Origin: Azolla caroliniana
Taxonomy: Eukaryota; Plantae; Polypodiophyta
DNA length: 64,000 nt
NCBI GenBank assembly: GCA_043228905.1
Contig: JBHGNT010000006.1
Span: 20,088,001 to 20,152,000, forward strand
Direction: 5' to 3'
The notes under the pieces are model-generated. The model was not told where the DNA came from. It did no database searches and was given only the letters and a program-made list of their open reading frames with translations. The translations under genes and the position numbers were made by a program. The stretch's first letter is position 1. Each line of letters opens with the position of its first letter. Below are positions 63,851 to 64,000 of the stretch, piece by piece.

Positions 63851-64000
63851 TGTATGTGTCTTTTGAATATAGGCAGTGGTCCTCATTGCTTTGAGAAAAA
63901 TTTGGTTGATTGCATTAAATTGTCAAAAATTTTATAACACTATCAGGACTCCTACTTCAGGCCCAATAGACTCTTCCTGAATCGCAGGCTAGATGTTTTT

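Overview
Eukaryotic, transposon-dense region, most likely from a non-seed land plant (bryophyte/lycophyte-like; inferred from the element types and a Dof-like gene). Left to right: an intact chromodomain Ty3/gypsy pol with its 3' LTR; a minus-strand Ty1/copia interrupted by a full-length but decayed plus-strand copia (TSD AGAGG); an orphan retroelement-associated ORF; one host gene with a highly divergent Dof zinc finger; a gypsy pol bracketed by oppositely oriented LTRs; a second decayed chromovirus; a decayed Sola-like DDD transposase divergently paired with a ParB-like + beta-class amino (N6A/N4C) DNA methyltransferase gene, with a second methyltransferase remnant tail-to-tail; a LINE interrupted by a Penelope-like fragment carrying a hammerhead ribozyme; and old gypsy debris. 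The strongest leads are the transposase-linked ParB-methyltransferase module, the Penelope/hammerhead insertion with a 269-bp flanking duplication, antisense tRNA-like A/B boxes in three LTR families, and Tf1-type self-priming in the chromovirus. All calls are by eye from the sequence; no database searches were run.
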